Shown in pieces: positions 19,280 through 29,158 of a DNA stretch of 64,000 bases. The stretch spans positions 3,371,080 to 3,435,079 of the forward strand of contig OZ242329.1 in NCBI GenBank assembly GCA_965208315.1. The letters run 5' to 3'. The translations under genes and the position numbers were made by a program. The DNA is from Chloroflexota bacterium (GTDB lineage Bacteria; Chloroflexota; UBA11872; VXOZ01). The first letter of the stretch is position 1. Each line of letters starts with the position of its first letter. Under the pieces are notes generated by a model. It was not told the origin of the DNA. It saw only the letters and a list, made by a program, of their open reading frames with translations, and made no database searches.

Positions 19280-19513
19280 TTACGTTTGTTGACGGAGTTG
19301 TCCAGGCCGCGCGCTCCATGTCATACACTTGACAGCAATGAGAGTCCCCCACACTGTCCGTGACCGGAACTGCTGGCGCAGGCCATAACCCCTTAACCAG
19401 AGTCGTATGCGCGCTGGCACGGTATCTGGGGGGAGTATCCATCGTAGCGCGGGGGCTTGTCCCCCGCCTCTTGGCGGCGTGGGGGCTGGAAACAAGCAAA
19501 GCGAACTTCATCT

Positions 19514-22141
19514 ATGCTGGCAGTCTTGCAGAGCAACCCCATGCGCACCGCTGCTTACGCTGCGGCTTTCGCTCTCCCAGCAGCAGTGCATGTCACGCGC
19601 TTCAGCGCCTATGCGACTGCCGGCGAGGCGCTCTATGCCTTTGGCGGCATCCTGACGGCAGCGGTAGCGCTGGTGTGCGGGGGACAGGCTTTGGAGCGCT
19701 TTCGCGCGACGCGACGCGACGCGTTTCTGCTCGTCAGCGCGGGACTGTGGACTGCCGCCGTACTGCACCTGCTTCACTTTGCGGCGTCCTCCGGCGTACT
19801 CGGCCCTGCTGGATCCACAATCCTGGCAGCCGCACTGCTGAGAGGCGCGCTGCTTCCGACGCTTTTCTTCAGTCTCTTCCTCGTCTTGAGCCTCCTCGCG
19901 AGCAGGCAGACTCGGCCATCCACCGCGCAGCCGGGCGGCGTATACCTGGCTGCCGCGACGCTGGCCTTCATCGTAGCCGTCGGCGCGCTGGTGATCCCAA
20001 TTCCGCAGCCAGCCGATTTGCTAACAGTGCTGGGTCAGCCGTTTCCGTCCCTCACGGCCCAACCTGGATTCTTTCTCGTTGCCGCTCTCACCATCGTTGG
20101 CATTGCTGAGCTACTGCGGCGCGGCAGTTGGCGCACGGAGCCTTTTGCTCGCTGGCTGCTGGCCGCGCTGTTAGTCTCACTTGTGGCTCTGGCACGTTTT
20201 CCGCTGCTCTTGGCATGGCCGCTGGAAGTCATGCTTGTGCTCGCGCAGGGCCTTACCGTGGCGAGTTACATTTGCGCAGTCGTGGGAATGGTCGTGGCAG
20301 CGCCCGCGCGCGCAGCTACCGCGCAGGCAACCGTGAAAGCGCAGAGGCCGGAGCCGGTTGACACCGCCGCTCAAACCAGCCCCAGCCAGGCGGACGGGCA
20401 GCCCGTACGCGCGCCGGAGCTTGCCCTGCGCGACCTGCAAGCCCGCCATCGCGCGCTGCGCAACGCTACCGACGGCTTGCTCGTCGGCGTACGCCAAGAC
20501 GGCACTATCACTGATTGGAAACCGGCCGCAGACTTCGGTCCCACGGCCTCACCGAGCGACCTCTTGGACAAGCATGTTGCAGCAGTCCTGCCTTCCGACC
20601 AGGCCGAGACGATACTGCGCGCCGTTGCAAACGTCTTTGCATCCGGCAAGACGGAGCGCCTGCACTACAGTGTCGCAGACGGCAGCCTGGCCCTGGAAGG
20701 TCTCGTGGCGCCGCACGCTGCCGATCAAGTGCTGTGCATCATCCGAGACCATTCCGCACAGGCGCGGACTCTCCAGGAGTTGGATGAGCAGCGCCGGGCG
20801 GCAGATTCCTTGCGGCGGGTTACGGGAGACTGGCTCATTCGCATCACGCGGGCGGGCATCATTCAAGACCTACAGCCGCCGGCCGCTGCAGAGTTGGCAT
20901 CTTACGCGGAGATGTTCGCCGGCAAGCACCTGCAAGAGGTCTTTCAAGGCGATGATGTTTCGCCCCTTGTCGGAGCAGCGGAGACGGCGCTGACAAGCCG
21001 CGAGCTACAAGAGTTCACTTTCCTGAGACAGAGCGGCCAGGTGCTGGCGGTACGTATTGCCTCGTATGACGATGAGTCAGCGCTCTGCCTGCTCCGTGAT
21101 ACTACGGAACTGAGCGACTTATCGGCCCAGCTCCAAGAGAGCGAGGAAACGAACCAAGCGCTGCGCGCGCATCTCGACCAACTACAACGCGAGCAAGTCG
21201 CTGCGCTAAGTCAGGCAGAGACTGCAAACCGCGTCCTGCGCGAACTGCTGCCGGACCTCGTGCTCCGCGTGCGCGCTGACGGAACAATTCTAGAGTGGAA
21301 GCCAGCCGAAAGCTTTGGCCCGCGCGAGTCCGCCGCTATCGTAAGCGCCAAGGTGCGGGAGGCGTTGCCGGTCGATCTGGCATCGCAAATCATGGCAGCT
21401 ATGGAGCGCGCGCAGAGCGACGGACAGCCGCAGCGTTTCGCGTGCCATCCGGTGGGCGGACAGGTGCTGGCAGGCGGCGTCGCCGCCCTAACGGACGATC
21501 AGTACCTCTGCGTGGTGCGCGATCAAACGCAGCAGAAGCAATTGGAAGCAGCCCTCGTGCAACAGGCGGCGGTGCTCGCCCAGGAGATACGGGCGAAGCT
21601 CGAGGCAGAGTTCCTGCGCTCACTGCGATCTGAGAACGACGTATTGCGGGCGCACTTGCTGCGCATCGCGGACCTGGCACGGGAAAGCGGCAGCGGCGCT
21701 GACCCCACGGTTACCGGCGGCACAAGGGGCACAACCGCTGCGGTTCCGGAACAATCCCAGGTTAGCGGTATTCCCGCGCAGGAGAGCAGCCAAGCGACTG
21801 AGCCCGCGCCACAACCCCGGAAGCCGGCCGGATCGTCATCGCTGCCGCCGCCGCCGTCGGCACTGCAGGCCGCAGCCAGACCCATATCTGCGCCCGATCC
21901 GACGCATAAAGTCGATAGTCTTGCAGACGGAGAAGCACCCGAACGCGCCGCCGCAACTGTCGCCGACAACGCGCCGCGCATCCCCGCCGGCGAAGAGTCG
22001 GCAGAGGCTTTGGCCGAGGCGCAGACGGCCGTGGCAACACAAGAAGAGACGTTGCCCAATTCAAGAGTGACCGCAAACGGACAACAGGAGAGCAAGGCAG
22101 CGACCAACGGACAACCTACGGAGGATGAACGCCCTGCCTAG
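19514..22141 (+). CDS. Membrane sensor-like protein: MASE3-like multi-TM region + three PAS-like domains + coiled coils + disordered tail; no output domain
   Basis: About 7-8 TM helices, then repeated PAS-like units (DGLLVGVRQDGTITDWKP, DWLIRITRAGIIQDLQP, DLVLRVRADGTILEWKP), each ending in LC(I/L/V)(I/L/V)RD. No H-box, GGDEF or EAL motif seen. Confidence 0.7.
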   Translation: MLAVLQSNPMRTAAYAAAFALPAAVHVTRFSAYATAGEALYAFGGILTAAVALVCGGQALERFRATRRDAFLLVSAGLWTAAVLHLLHFAASSGVLGPAGSTILAAALLRGALLPTLFFSLFLVLSLLASRQTRPSTAQPGGVYLAAATLAFIVAVGALVIPIPQPADLLTVLGQPFPSLTAQPGFFLVAALTIVGIAELLRRGSWRTEPFARWLLAALLVSLVALARFPLLLAWPLEVMLVLAQGLTVASYICAVVGMVVAAPARAATAQATVKAQRPEPVDTAAQTSPSQADGQPVRAPELALRDLQARHRALRNATDGLLVGVRQDGTITDWKPAADFGPTASPSDLLDKHVAAVLPSDQAETILRAVANVFASGKTERLHYSVADGSLALEGLVAPHAADQVLCIIRDHSAQARTLQELDEQRRAADSLRRVTGDWLIRITRAGIIQDLQPPAAAELASYAEMFAGKHLQEVFQGDDVSPLVGAAETALTSRELQEFTFLRQSGQVLAVRIASYDDESALCLLRDTTELSDLSAQLQESEETNQALRAHLDQLQREQVAALSQAETANRVLRELLPDLVLRVRADGTILEWKPAESFGPRESAAIVSAKVREALPVDLASQIMAAMERAQSDGQPQRFACHPVGGQVLAGGVAALTDDQYLCVVRDQTQQKQLEAALVQQAAVLAQEIRAKLEAEFLRSLRSENDVLRAHLLRIADLARESGSGADPTVTGGTRGTTAAVPEQSQVSGIPAQESSQATEPAPQPRKPAGSSSLPPPPSALQAAARPISAPDPTHKVDSLADGEAPERAAATVADNAPRIPAGEESAEALAEAQTAVATQEETLPNSRVTANGQQESKAATNGQPTEDERPA

Positions 22142-22230
22142 CGGCGGCGATGTGGTTTTCAGTTACAATACGCTGCAAGAGCATCAAAAGCGACCCTGAG
22201 CCTCAGCACATTTACGAGGAGATTCGACAA

Positions 22231-23175
22231 ATGCAACTCGCATTACATTCGGTGAGCTACGCCGGCGTATGGCCGGGCCAAGAGCGACTAACTTTGGAAG
22301 AGTTCGTTCCCCGCGCGGCGGCGCTGGGTTTCAAGGGCGTCATGCTCGTCGCGAAGCGCCCCCATCTATCCCTGCTCGACTATCCCTCGCATCAACCCGA
22401 AAAGCGTCAGGCTGTGCGCGCGCTGCTGGCAGAACACGATCTCCGCGTGCACTCGCTAGCGGGCTACAACGACTTTACCGTCGGCCCTGACCGGCCGGAC
22501 GTGCCCTTCTGGGAGCATCAGATCGTCTACATCGCCGAACTGGCGGCTCTGGCCCGCGATCTCGACTGTCCCGCGATCCGCATCTTCACCGGCTACAACC
22601 GTGACGGCCTTTCGTACGACGCGGGTTGGACGAGCGTGGTCACCGGCCTGCAAGAGGCGGCGCGCTTGGCCGCCGATTTTGGTGTCGTCCTGACAGTGCA
22701 AAACCATCACGACATCGCCGTAGACTACGAGAGCATGTATCAACTGCTCTCCGAAGTAGACCACCCCAACTGCCGCGCGGCCTTCGACGCGTGGTCGCCG
22801 GCCGTGCAAGGGCTGCACAGTGATGAACTGGCGGCAGCGGTACGCCGCATGGCCCCCTTCACTGCCTACACGACGGTTGCCGACTACGTGGCCCTACCGC
22901 GCTACCGCTACGAGCCCGCACTGGTGAACTACGTTGAGGAACCGGCGCGCATGTTGGGAGTGCCGCTGGGTGAAGGTCTGATAGATTACGGCACCTTCTT
23001 CGACACGCTCATCGAGACGGGCTACACCGGCACGGTAGCGTACGAGATGTGCTCATCTCTACGCAATGGCGGCAGCCTGGAAAGTCTGGACGCCTACGCG
23101 CGGCAATTCCAGGAATACATGGCGCCATATGTCGAGAAGGCAACCACCGGAGTCACTGCAGCGGCAACGCGCTAG
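22231..23175 (+). CDS. Sugar phosphate isomerase/epimerase (xylose isomerase-like TIM barrel)
   Basis: MQLALHSVSY, IRIFTG, VQNHHD, AAFDAW, LGEGLIDY and VAYEMC. RBS GAGGAG. Confidence 0.88.
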   Translation: MQLALHSVSYAGVWPGQERLTLEEFVPRAAALGFKGVMLVAKRPHLSLLDYPSHQPEKRQAVRALLAEHDLRVHSLAGYNDFTVGPDRPDVPFWEHQIVYIAELAALARDLDCPAIRIFTGYNRDGLSYDAGWTSVVTGLQEAARLAADFGVVLTVQNHHDIAVDYESMYQLLSEVDHPNCRAAFDAWSPAVQGLHSDELAAAVRRMAPFTAYTTVADYVALPRYRYEPALVNYVEEPARMLGVPLGEGLIDYGTFFDTLIETGYTGTVAYEMCSSLRNGGSLESLDAYARQFQEYMAPYVEKATTGVTAAATR

Positions 23176-23242
23176 GCGCTCTCGCCTCAATTGCGAGGCC
23201 TCGGGGAATCTGAATCCGGATCATCACCTGAGAGGCTGTTAG

Positions 23243-24973
23243 TTGAACACGTCCCGAAAGCTCGTTCTCGTCACCTTCCTGGCGCTCGCGCTCGTTGCGT
23301 GCGGCGACGTAGGCATGGCGCCAGTCACGCCCGCGACTCCTGAGGAAGAGCGCGTCCTTACCATTCGCTATTGGCAAGCGCCTACCTTGCCGTTCCCGTA
23401 CCTCGCCGCCGGCTTCAAGGATAGAGACGCGGGTGCGATTACTTTGGAGCCGCTGGCCAACTACGCTCCGGACGGCAACCTCGTGCCAAGACTAGCCGTG
23501 GAAATCCCCACTCTGGAGAACGGCGGCGTCTCCCAGGACCTGCTGACGATCACGTGGAGGCTGAGAGAAGGCGTGCGCTGGTCGGACGGCAGCGCCATGA
23601 CGGCCGAGGACGCGGTGTTTACGTGGCGGTACTGTGCGGATGAAGCGACCGGCTGCACCAAGCGGGACACGTTTGGCGGTATCGTCGCTGTCGAGGCTCT
23701 CGATGAACGCACGGTGAAGATAACTTTCGACAAACCAACGCCCTATCCCTACACGGCCTTCGTCGGCGCAAACACGCCGATCATAAGCAGAGCGCAGTTC
23801 TCCGGCTGCGTTGGCGCCGCCGCCAGGACCTGCGAAGCGCAGAACACGCTGCCAATCGGCACCGGCGCGTACCGCATCGTGACGTTTGCGCCCAACGAAG
23901 GCGCGGTGTACGAGCGCAATCCTCACTACCGTGGGGAGCCGGCCTACTTCGACCGGGTGGTCTTGCAGGGCGGCGGGGACGCGCTGGAGGCGGCGCGGTC
24001 CGTCCTCGTGACCGGTGAGGTCGATCACGCGTGGAACATGCAAGTGGAGCCGGACGCTCTGCGGGAGATGGAAGCGAACGGACTCGGCAAGGTTTCTAAC
24101 GTGTTCGCCAGCCGGGTCGAGCGCATCGTCTTGAACCAGACAAATCCGGACCCCGCGCTGGGCGAAGACCGCTCGGAGTATCTCGATGGGCAGAACCCCC
24201 ACCCGTTCCTGACCTTTACGCCCATCGCCCAAGCGATGTCCATGGCGATAGACCGCACCATCATCGCTGAGCAACTCTATGGCTTCACCGCGATACCCGC
24301 GTGCAATCTCATTACTGCACCTTCCCAATACTCTTCCACCGCAAACGACGACTGCCTCGTCCAGGACATCGATGGCGCTAAGAAGCTCTTGGATGATAAC
24401 GGCGTGGTCGACAGCGACGGTGACGGCATTCGCGAGTACAATGGCATTCCGCTGCGGATTACCTATCAGACCACTGCAAACCCCATCAGGCAGGCTACCC
24501 AAGCCCTCATCCAAGGCTGGTGGCAAGAGATCGGCATTGAGACCGTGCTCATTCAACATGACGCCGGTGTCTTCTTCGGCGGTGACCCGGCCGTCCACGA
24601 GGAGAAATCGTATCTTCGGTTCTTCGCGGACGTGCAGATGTACACCGAGATCTCTGGAGTAGATCCTCAGCAATACCTCTCAAGAGGACTTTGCAGAAAT
24701 GTCCAGACACGTGAGAACGGTTGGTCCAGTGGCAATAACACCCGCATGTGCAATGCGGAGTACGATGAGACCTTTGCCCAACTTGCCCAAACCCCGCTGG
24801 GGCCGGAGCGCGAGGCGCTGGTACAGCAACTCAACGATATCCTCATTCAGAACTACTACGTGATTCCCCTCGTAAACCGGGGCTCGGTGTCGGCAACCCT
24901 GAACACGTTGCGAGGGGTCCGGAAAAACGCCTGGGACAGCGAGACGTGGAACATCGCCGAGTGGCGGCGCTGA
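23243..24973 (+). CDS. Peptide/nickel ABC solute-binding lipoprotein, family 5 (orphan)
   Basis: Lipobox LALVAC, EPLANY, PRLAVEIPTLENGG, WSDGSAMTAED and PIGTGAY. Confidence 0.92.
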   Translation: MNTSRKLVLVTFLALALVACGDVGMAPVTPATPEEERVLTIRYWQAPTLPFPYLAAGFKDRDAGAITLEPLANYAPDGNLVPRLAVEIPTLENGGVSQDLLTITWRLREGVRWSDGSAMTAEDAVFTWRYCADEATGCTKRDTFGGIVAVEALDERTVKITFDKPTPYPYTAFVGANTPIISRAQFSGCVGAAARTCEAQNTLPIGTGAYRIVTFAPNEGAVYERNPHYRGEPAYFDRVVLQGGGDALEAARSVLVTGEVDHAWNMQVEPDALREMEANGLGKVSNVFASRVERIVLNQTNPDPALGEDRSEYLDGQNPHPFLTFTPIAQAMSMAIDRTIIAEQLYGFTAIPACNLITAPSQYSSTANDDCLVQDIDGAKKLLDDNGVVDSDGDGIREYNGIPLRITYQTTANPIRQATQALIQGWWQEIGIETVLIQHDAGVFFGGDPAVHEEKSYLRFFADVQMYTEISGVDPQQYLSRGLCRNVQTRENGWSSGNNTRMCNAEYDETFAQLAQTPLGPEREALVQQLNDILIQNYYVIPLVNRGSVSATLNTLRGVRKNAWDSETWNIAEWRR

Positions 24974-25081
24974 ATGGTGTAGTTCAAGACTCAAGACCTG
25001 AACAGTTTAGTTTCACAGATTCGCGCTTGCCCGACTATGACGGTTTGAGCGCCGCTTCATCTTTCGTAGCGCGGGGTTTGT

Positions 25082-25365
25082 CCCCAATGTTGTCGCATTA
25101 ACTTTTTTTGGCAAGGAACATGGCACTCTCATTGCCTTACATTTCCGGTAGCGCAGGTTTGCATCTCGTCGGGAGTGCGGGCGTCTCGCCCGCAGACGTC
25201 TTCTCCCCCGTAGCCCGCAAGTTTGCCACCTATGGACGCAGCGCACGATCAAGGACAGTGCCAGCAACCCCCTCAATCCGCTGCGGCGATGCAGTTTTGC
25301 AAGCCGCATGATGCCAAGAGGCGGGGGACAAGCCCCCGCGCTACTTTAATGCGACAGCATTAGGG
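25082..25365. mobile_element. MITE-like element with about 20-bp terminal inverted repeats, inserted in a family-B REP
   Basis: CCCCAATGTTGTCGCATTAA (25082-25101) and TTAATGCGACAGCATTAGGG (25346-25365) are 18/20 complementary. A third end copy is at 40063-40082. No ORF. Confidence 0.6.
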
Positions 25366-25555
25366 CTTGTCCCCCGCTCTTTGCTATCCTAGCCTGGCTA
25401 CCTTGACAGATAAGATGGATTCCGCGCCCCGGTACGGGGCGATTTTTCACGGGAATGACGGACAGTTCACTGCCTGCCCCTGATATCATTGACGAACCAC
25501 CTCTCTTAGAGTCACCATTACTTCAACTACTCACAATCGATCACGGAGGAATGCT

Positions 25556-26752
25556 ATGTCTGAGGAAGTTGGTTTCGTCACTATGGGGCAATCGTCCGGG
25601 CGGGAGGACGTGCCGGAGATAGGCGTGGGGATGTTGGGTTACGCCTTCATGGGCAAGGCGCATAGCAACGCTTTTCGCAAGATTCCCTACATGGTGGAGC
25701 CTTTGCCGGCCGTGCCCGCGCTCATTGCCCTTTGCGGACGCAACGAGGCCGCGGTACAGGAGGCCGCCGCCCGCTATGGCTACCAGCGCCATTGCACCGA
25801 CTGGCGCGATCTGATTCAAGATGACTCCATCCAGCTCTTCGACAACGGCGGCCCCAACGACACGCACGCCGAGCCGTGCATCGCCGCCGCCGAGGCCGGC
25901 AAACACATCATCTGCGAGAAGCCGCTGGCGCGCACGGCCGCGGAAGCCAAGCCGATGTTGGAAGCGGTGCAGAAGGCCGGCGTGAAGCACGCCTGCGCCT
26001 TCAACTACCGCTTTGTGCCGGCCCTGCGGCTGGCCCGCGAGATGATCGAGCGCGGCGAGTTGGGGCGGATCTTCCACTTTCGGGCGGTCTACCTGCAAGA
26101 GTGGATCATGGACCCGCAGTTCCCCATGGTCTGGCGTCTGAAGAAGGACATCGCCGGCAGCGGCGCGCTGGGCGATCTCGGCGCGCACATCATCGATCTC
26201 GCGCGCTTCCTCGTCGGCGAGCCTACCGCCGTCTCCGGCCTCACGCAGACCTTCATCAAGGAACGCCCCACCGACGACGGCGGGCGGGACACGGTGGACG
26301 TGGATGACGCGTTTGTCTCGCTGGTGCAGTTTGAGAACGGCGCGATCGGCACCCTGGAGGCGAGCCGCTACGCCAACGGCCGCAAGAACCACCAGCGCAT
26401 CGAGATCAACGGCTCCAAGGGCAGCATCGTCTTCAACATGGAACGGCTCAATGAGTTAGAGGTCCATCTGAGTGATACTGAGCCGGGCAGCCATACCCAG
26501 GGATTTCGGCAGGTGCTCGTCACCGAGGCCGATCACCCCTTCTGGAAGTACTGGTGGCCCCACGGCCACATCATCGGCTGGGAACACACTTTCGTGCACG
26601 AGCTCACCCACCTGCTCGACGCCATCGTGAACGATACGGAAGTCGCGCCTTACGCCGCCGACTTCGAGGACGGCTACCGTGCCGCCGTAATCTGCGATGC
26701 AGTGCTGGAGTCCAACGCCAACGGCGGCGGGCTGGTGCCGATTCAATACTAA
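25556..26752 (+). CDS. Gfo/Idh/MocA oxidoreductase, levoglucosan-dehydrogenase-like subfamily
   Basis: GMLGYAFMGKAHS, AAAEAGKHIICEKPLART, AFNYR, IAGSGALGDLGAH and VDVDD. RBS GGAGGA. Confidence 0.9.
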   Translation: MSEEVGFVTMGQSSGREDVPEIGVGMLGYAFMGKAHSNAFRKIPYMVEPLPAVPALIALCGRNEAAVQEAAARYGYQRHCTDWRDLIQDDSIQLFDNGGPNDTHAEPCIAAAEAGKHIICEKPLARTAAEAKPMLEAVQKAGVKHACAFNYRFVPALRLAREMIERGELGRIFHFRAVYLQEWIMDPQFPMVWRLKKDIAGSGALGDLGAHIIDLARFLVGEPTAVSGLTQTFIKERPTDDGGRDTVDVDDAFVSLVQFENGAIGTLEASRYANGRKNHQRIEINGSKGSIVFNMERLNELEVHLSDTEPGSHTQGFRQVLVTEADHPFWKYWWPHGHIIGWEHTFVHELTHLLDAIVNDTEVAPYAADFEDGYRAAVICDAVLESNANGGGLVPIQY

Positions 26753-26754
26753 GG

Positions 26755-26991
26755 ATGGCGGTTTTGAAAGAGATTGAAGCCGCAGAATTCAAGAAGCACT
26801 TTCTTGAATTGCTGGAAAATTTAGGCTCAGACGGCCTGATCATCACGCGAAAAGGCGTCCCCGTGGCCCGAGTTTTGCCATACAGCGGCAATGATGGCGA
26901 CCTCATTGGCAGCCTGCGAGGCAAACTGAGCATCAAGGGCGACATTTTCACCACAGGTTGCCACTGGAAGGCAGACTCAAGCAACAAATGA
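26755..26991 (+). CDS. Phd/YefM-family antitoxin (78 aa) with no adjacent toxin
   Basis: MAVLKEIEAAEFKKHFLELLE..LIITRKGVPVARVLP..GSLRG matches the Phd/YefM fold pattern. The true start at 26755 lies inside track ORF 26554-26991. Confidence 0.85.
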   Translation: MAVLKEIEAAEFKKHFLELLENLGSDGLIITRKGVPVARVLPYSGNDGDLIGSLRGKLSIKGDIFTTGCHWKADSSNK

Positions 26992-27051
26992 GCGTGAAGG
27001 CAAGGAAATATTCACCGCAACAAAGCGCAAGTGTAGCAGGAGGCACGAACG

Positions 27052-28020
27052 ATGAAACTCGGCGTATTGACGGTCTTGTTGGGCGACCTGCCCTTTGAAG
27101 AGGCGTTGGACTACCTCCGCGACCTGGGAATACAGGCGGTGGAGATCGGTTGCGGCAATTACCCCGGCAACGCGCATTGTGATCCCGATAAGCTGCTTAA
27201 CGACGACAAGGCCTGCGACGCGTTTCTCAACGCCGTAACCAGCCGCGACATAGAGATTTGCGCCCTGGCCGCGCACGGCAATCCGCTGCACCCCAACCCC
27301 AAGATTGCCCGCGCGCACATCGAGACCCAGCGCAAGACCATTCAATTGGCACAAAAGCTGGGTGTGGAGACCATAGTGGGCTTCTCCGGCTGTCCCGGCG
27401 ACTCTGAGGGATCCAAGTATCCCAACTGGGTCACCTGCCCCTGGCCGACGGACTATCTGGAGATTCTGGAGTGGCAGTGGGAGCAGAAGGTCATTCCGTA
27501 CTGGAAGGAAGAGGCCGACTTCTTGCGGGAGCACAACGCGAGAATAGCCCTGGAAATGCACCCCGGTTTTGTGGTCTACAATTCCGAGACCTGCCTACAG
27601 TTGCGCGATGCCTGCGGCCCCGAAATCGGCGCCAACCTGGATCCCAGCCACCTCTTCTGGCAGGGCTGCGACATCATCGCCGTCATTCGCGAGCTTGGCG
27701 AGGCCGGCGCGCTCTATCACTTCCACGCCAAGGACACCAAGGTGCATCCCCTGAACGCGGCCAAGCACGGCGTGTTGGACACGAAGCCCTACACCGATGA
27801 GATCAACCGCTCGTGGCTATTCCGCAGCGTCGGCTACGGCCACGATTACGGCTACTGGAAAGACATCGTGAGCGAACTCCGCCTCGTCGGCTACGACGGC
27901 GTGCTCTCCATCGAGCACGAGGACAGCCTGATGTCATCCAACGAGGGCCTGGAAAAAGGCGTCAAGTTCCTCAAAGACATTCTCATCTTCGAGCAACCCG
28001 GCACCGCCTATTGGGCCTAG
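27052..28020 (+). CDS. Sugar phosphate isomerase/epimerase (TIM barrel)
   Basis: AVEIGCGNYPG, ALEMHPG, NLDPSHLFWQG, HFHAKD and LSIEHED. RBS AGGAGG. Confidence 0.92.
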   Translation: MKLGVLTVLLGDLPFEEALDYLRDLGIQAVEIGCGNYPGNAHCDPDKLLNDDKACDAFLNAVTSRDIEICALAAHGNPLHPNPKIARAHIETQRKTIQLAQKLGVETIVGFSGCPGDSEGSKYPNWVTCPWPTDYLEILEWQWEQKVIPYWKEEADFLREHNARIALEMHPGFVVYNSETCLQLRDACGPEIGANLDPSHLFWQGCDIIAVIRELGEAGALYHFHAKDTKVHPLNAAKHGVLDTKPYTDEINRSWLFRSVGYGHDYGYWKDIVSELRLVGYDGVLSIEHEDSLMSSNEGLEKGVKFLKDILIFEQPGTAYWA

Positions 28021-28853
28021 GGGCTTTCGATCTGCGCCGCGCACTCGCGGAGATAGCGAATCCCCTCACGCGCCTGCACTTCCGCATGAGGCTCGAACTC
28101 GAAGATCTCGATTGAGACGTAGCCGTCGTAACCGGTGTCGTGCAGGGCCTGCATGATGGGCACGAAGTCGGTATCGCCGAAGCTCGGCCCTTTCATGTTC
28201 TCATCGTTGGCGTGAAAGTGCGGAAACTCGCCGGCATGCGCGCGGATGATATCGGCAGGCGGTTCATCTTCGCCGCTTTCCATGGCTTTCACGTCGAGGT
28301 GGAGCTTGAACGCGGGGTGGTTGACACGGCGCACGAGGTCGGCGCCTTCCGCCGCTGTGGTAATGAACTTGCACAGTGGCGGGGCCAGCGGCTCGATGGC
28401 GATGATGGTACCGGCTTGCTGTGCCTCATCGCAGACGCTCTGAAAAACGTCCGCGGCATACGCCATGCCCTGCTCGTAGCTCACGCCGTCCGGCAGGTTG
28501 CGCTGGTTCGGCGAGCCGAAGATCAGGTACGGCGCGTTCATGTCGTGACCGAGGGCGATCAAGCCGCGCAAGTAATCGGTAGTGCGCTGCCGCACCGCCT
28601 GATCGGGGTCGGTGAGGTGCAAGCCGTCGGGTCCGACAAGCAGCCAGTGCAACCCTATGATCTCGATACCGGTATTGGCCGCGGCCTGCCGCGCGCCTGC
28701 CCGCTGCTCAGCGGATATGTCAAAGACCGACTGCTCGAACGTAAACGGCGCGGCTTCAACCCCCTCATAGCCGAGTTCTGCCAGATAGTCGCAGATGCGG
28801 GCGAATTCCCAGTCCTCGAAGGCTTCGTTGCAGAACGCATACCGGAATGCCAT
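28017..28853 (-). CDS. Sugar epimerase, D-tagatose 3-epimerase-like TIM barrel (start reassigned to 28853)
   Basis: MAFRYAFCNE, YEGVEAAP, IAIEPL, LHLDVKA, HFHAND and YVSIEIF. Its stop overlaps the convergent gene in CTAG. Confidence 0.9.
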   Translation of the reverse strand: MAFRYAFCNEAFEDWEFARICDYLAELGYEGVEAAPFTFEQSVFDISAEQRAGARQAAANTGIEIIGLHWLLVGPDGLHLTDPDQAVRQRTTDYLRGLIALGHDMNAPYLIFGSPNQRNLPDGVSYEQGMAYAADVFQSVCDEAQQAGTIIAIEPLAPPLCKFITTAAEGADLVRRVNHPAFKLHLDVKAMESGEDEPPADIIRAHAGEFPHFHANDENMKGPSFGDTDFVPIMQALHDTGYDGYVSIEIFEFEPHAEVQAREGIRYLRECAAQIESP

Positions 28854-29158
28854 AACGTATCTATCCTTGCGTATCGTCAGATGTATCTTGGCGGCAATAA
28901 TACCATGATGCCCACAGCACCGCCGGGTCACTGCGGCGGGCATTCGTTTCGTCAGGGACGGGCTTTTTCGTCCCTTATGTGCGCCATCAGGAGATAGCGC
29001 GAACAAGCCCGTTCAATCCGCCGTAGCGCGGGGGCTTGTCCCCCGCCTCCTGTGCCGGGGCGACGCCATGCGCCGCGCGAAGCGAATTCGTGAAGTTAAG
29101 CAATCCGCCATGCGTGAGATTCAGAATTCCTGAGGAATTCGGAGTCCCACCGATCATC

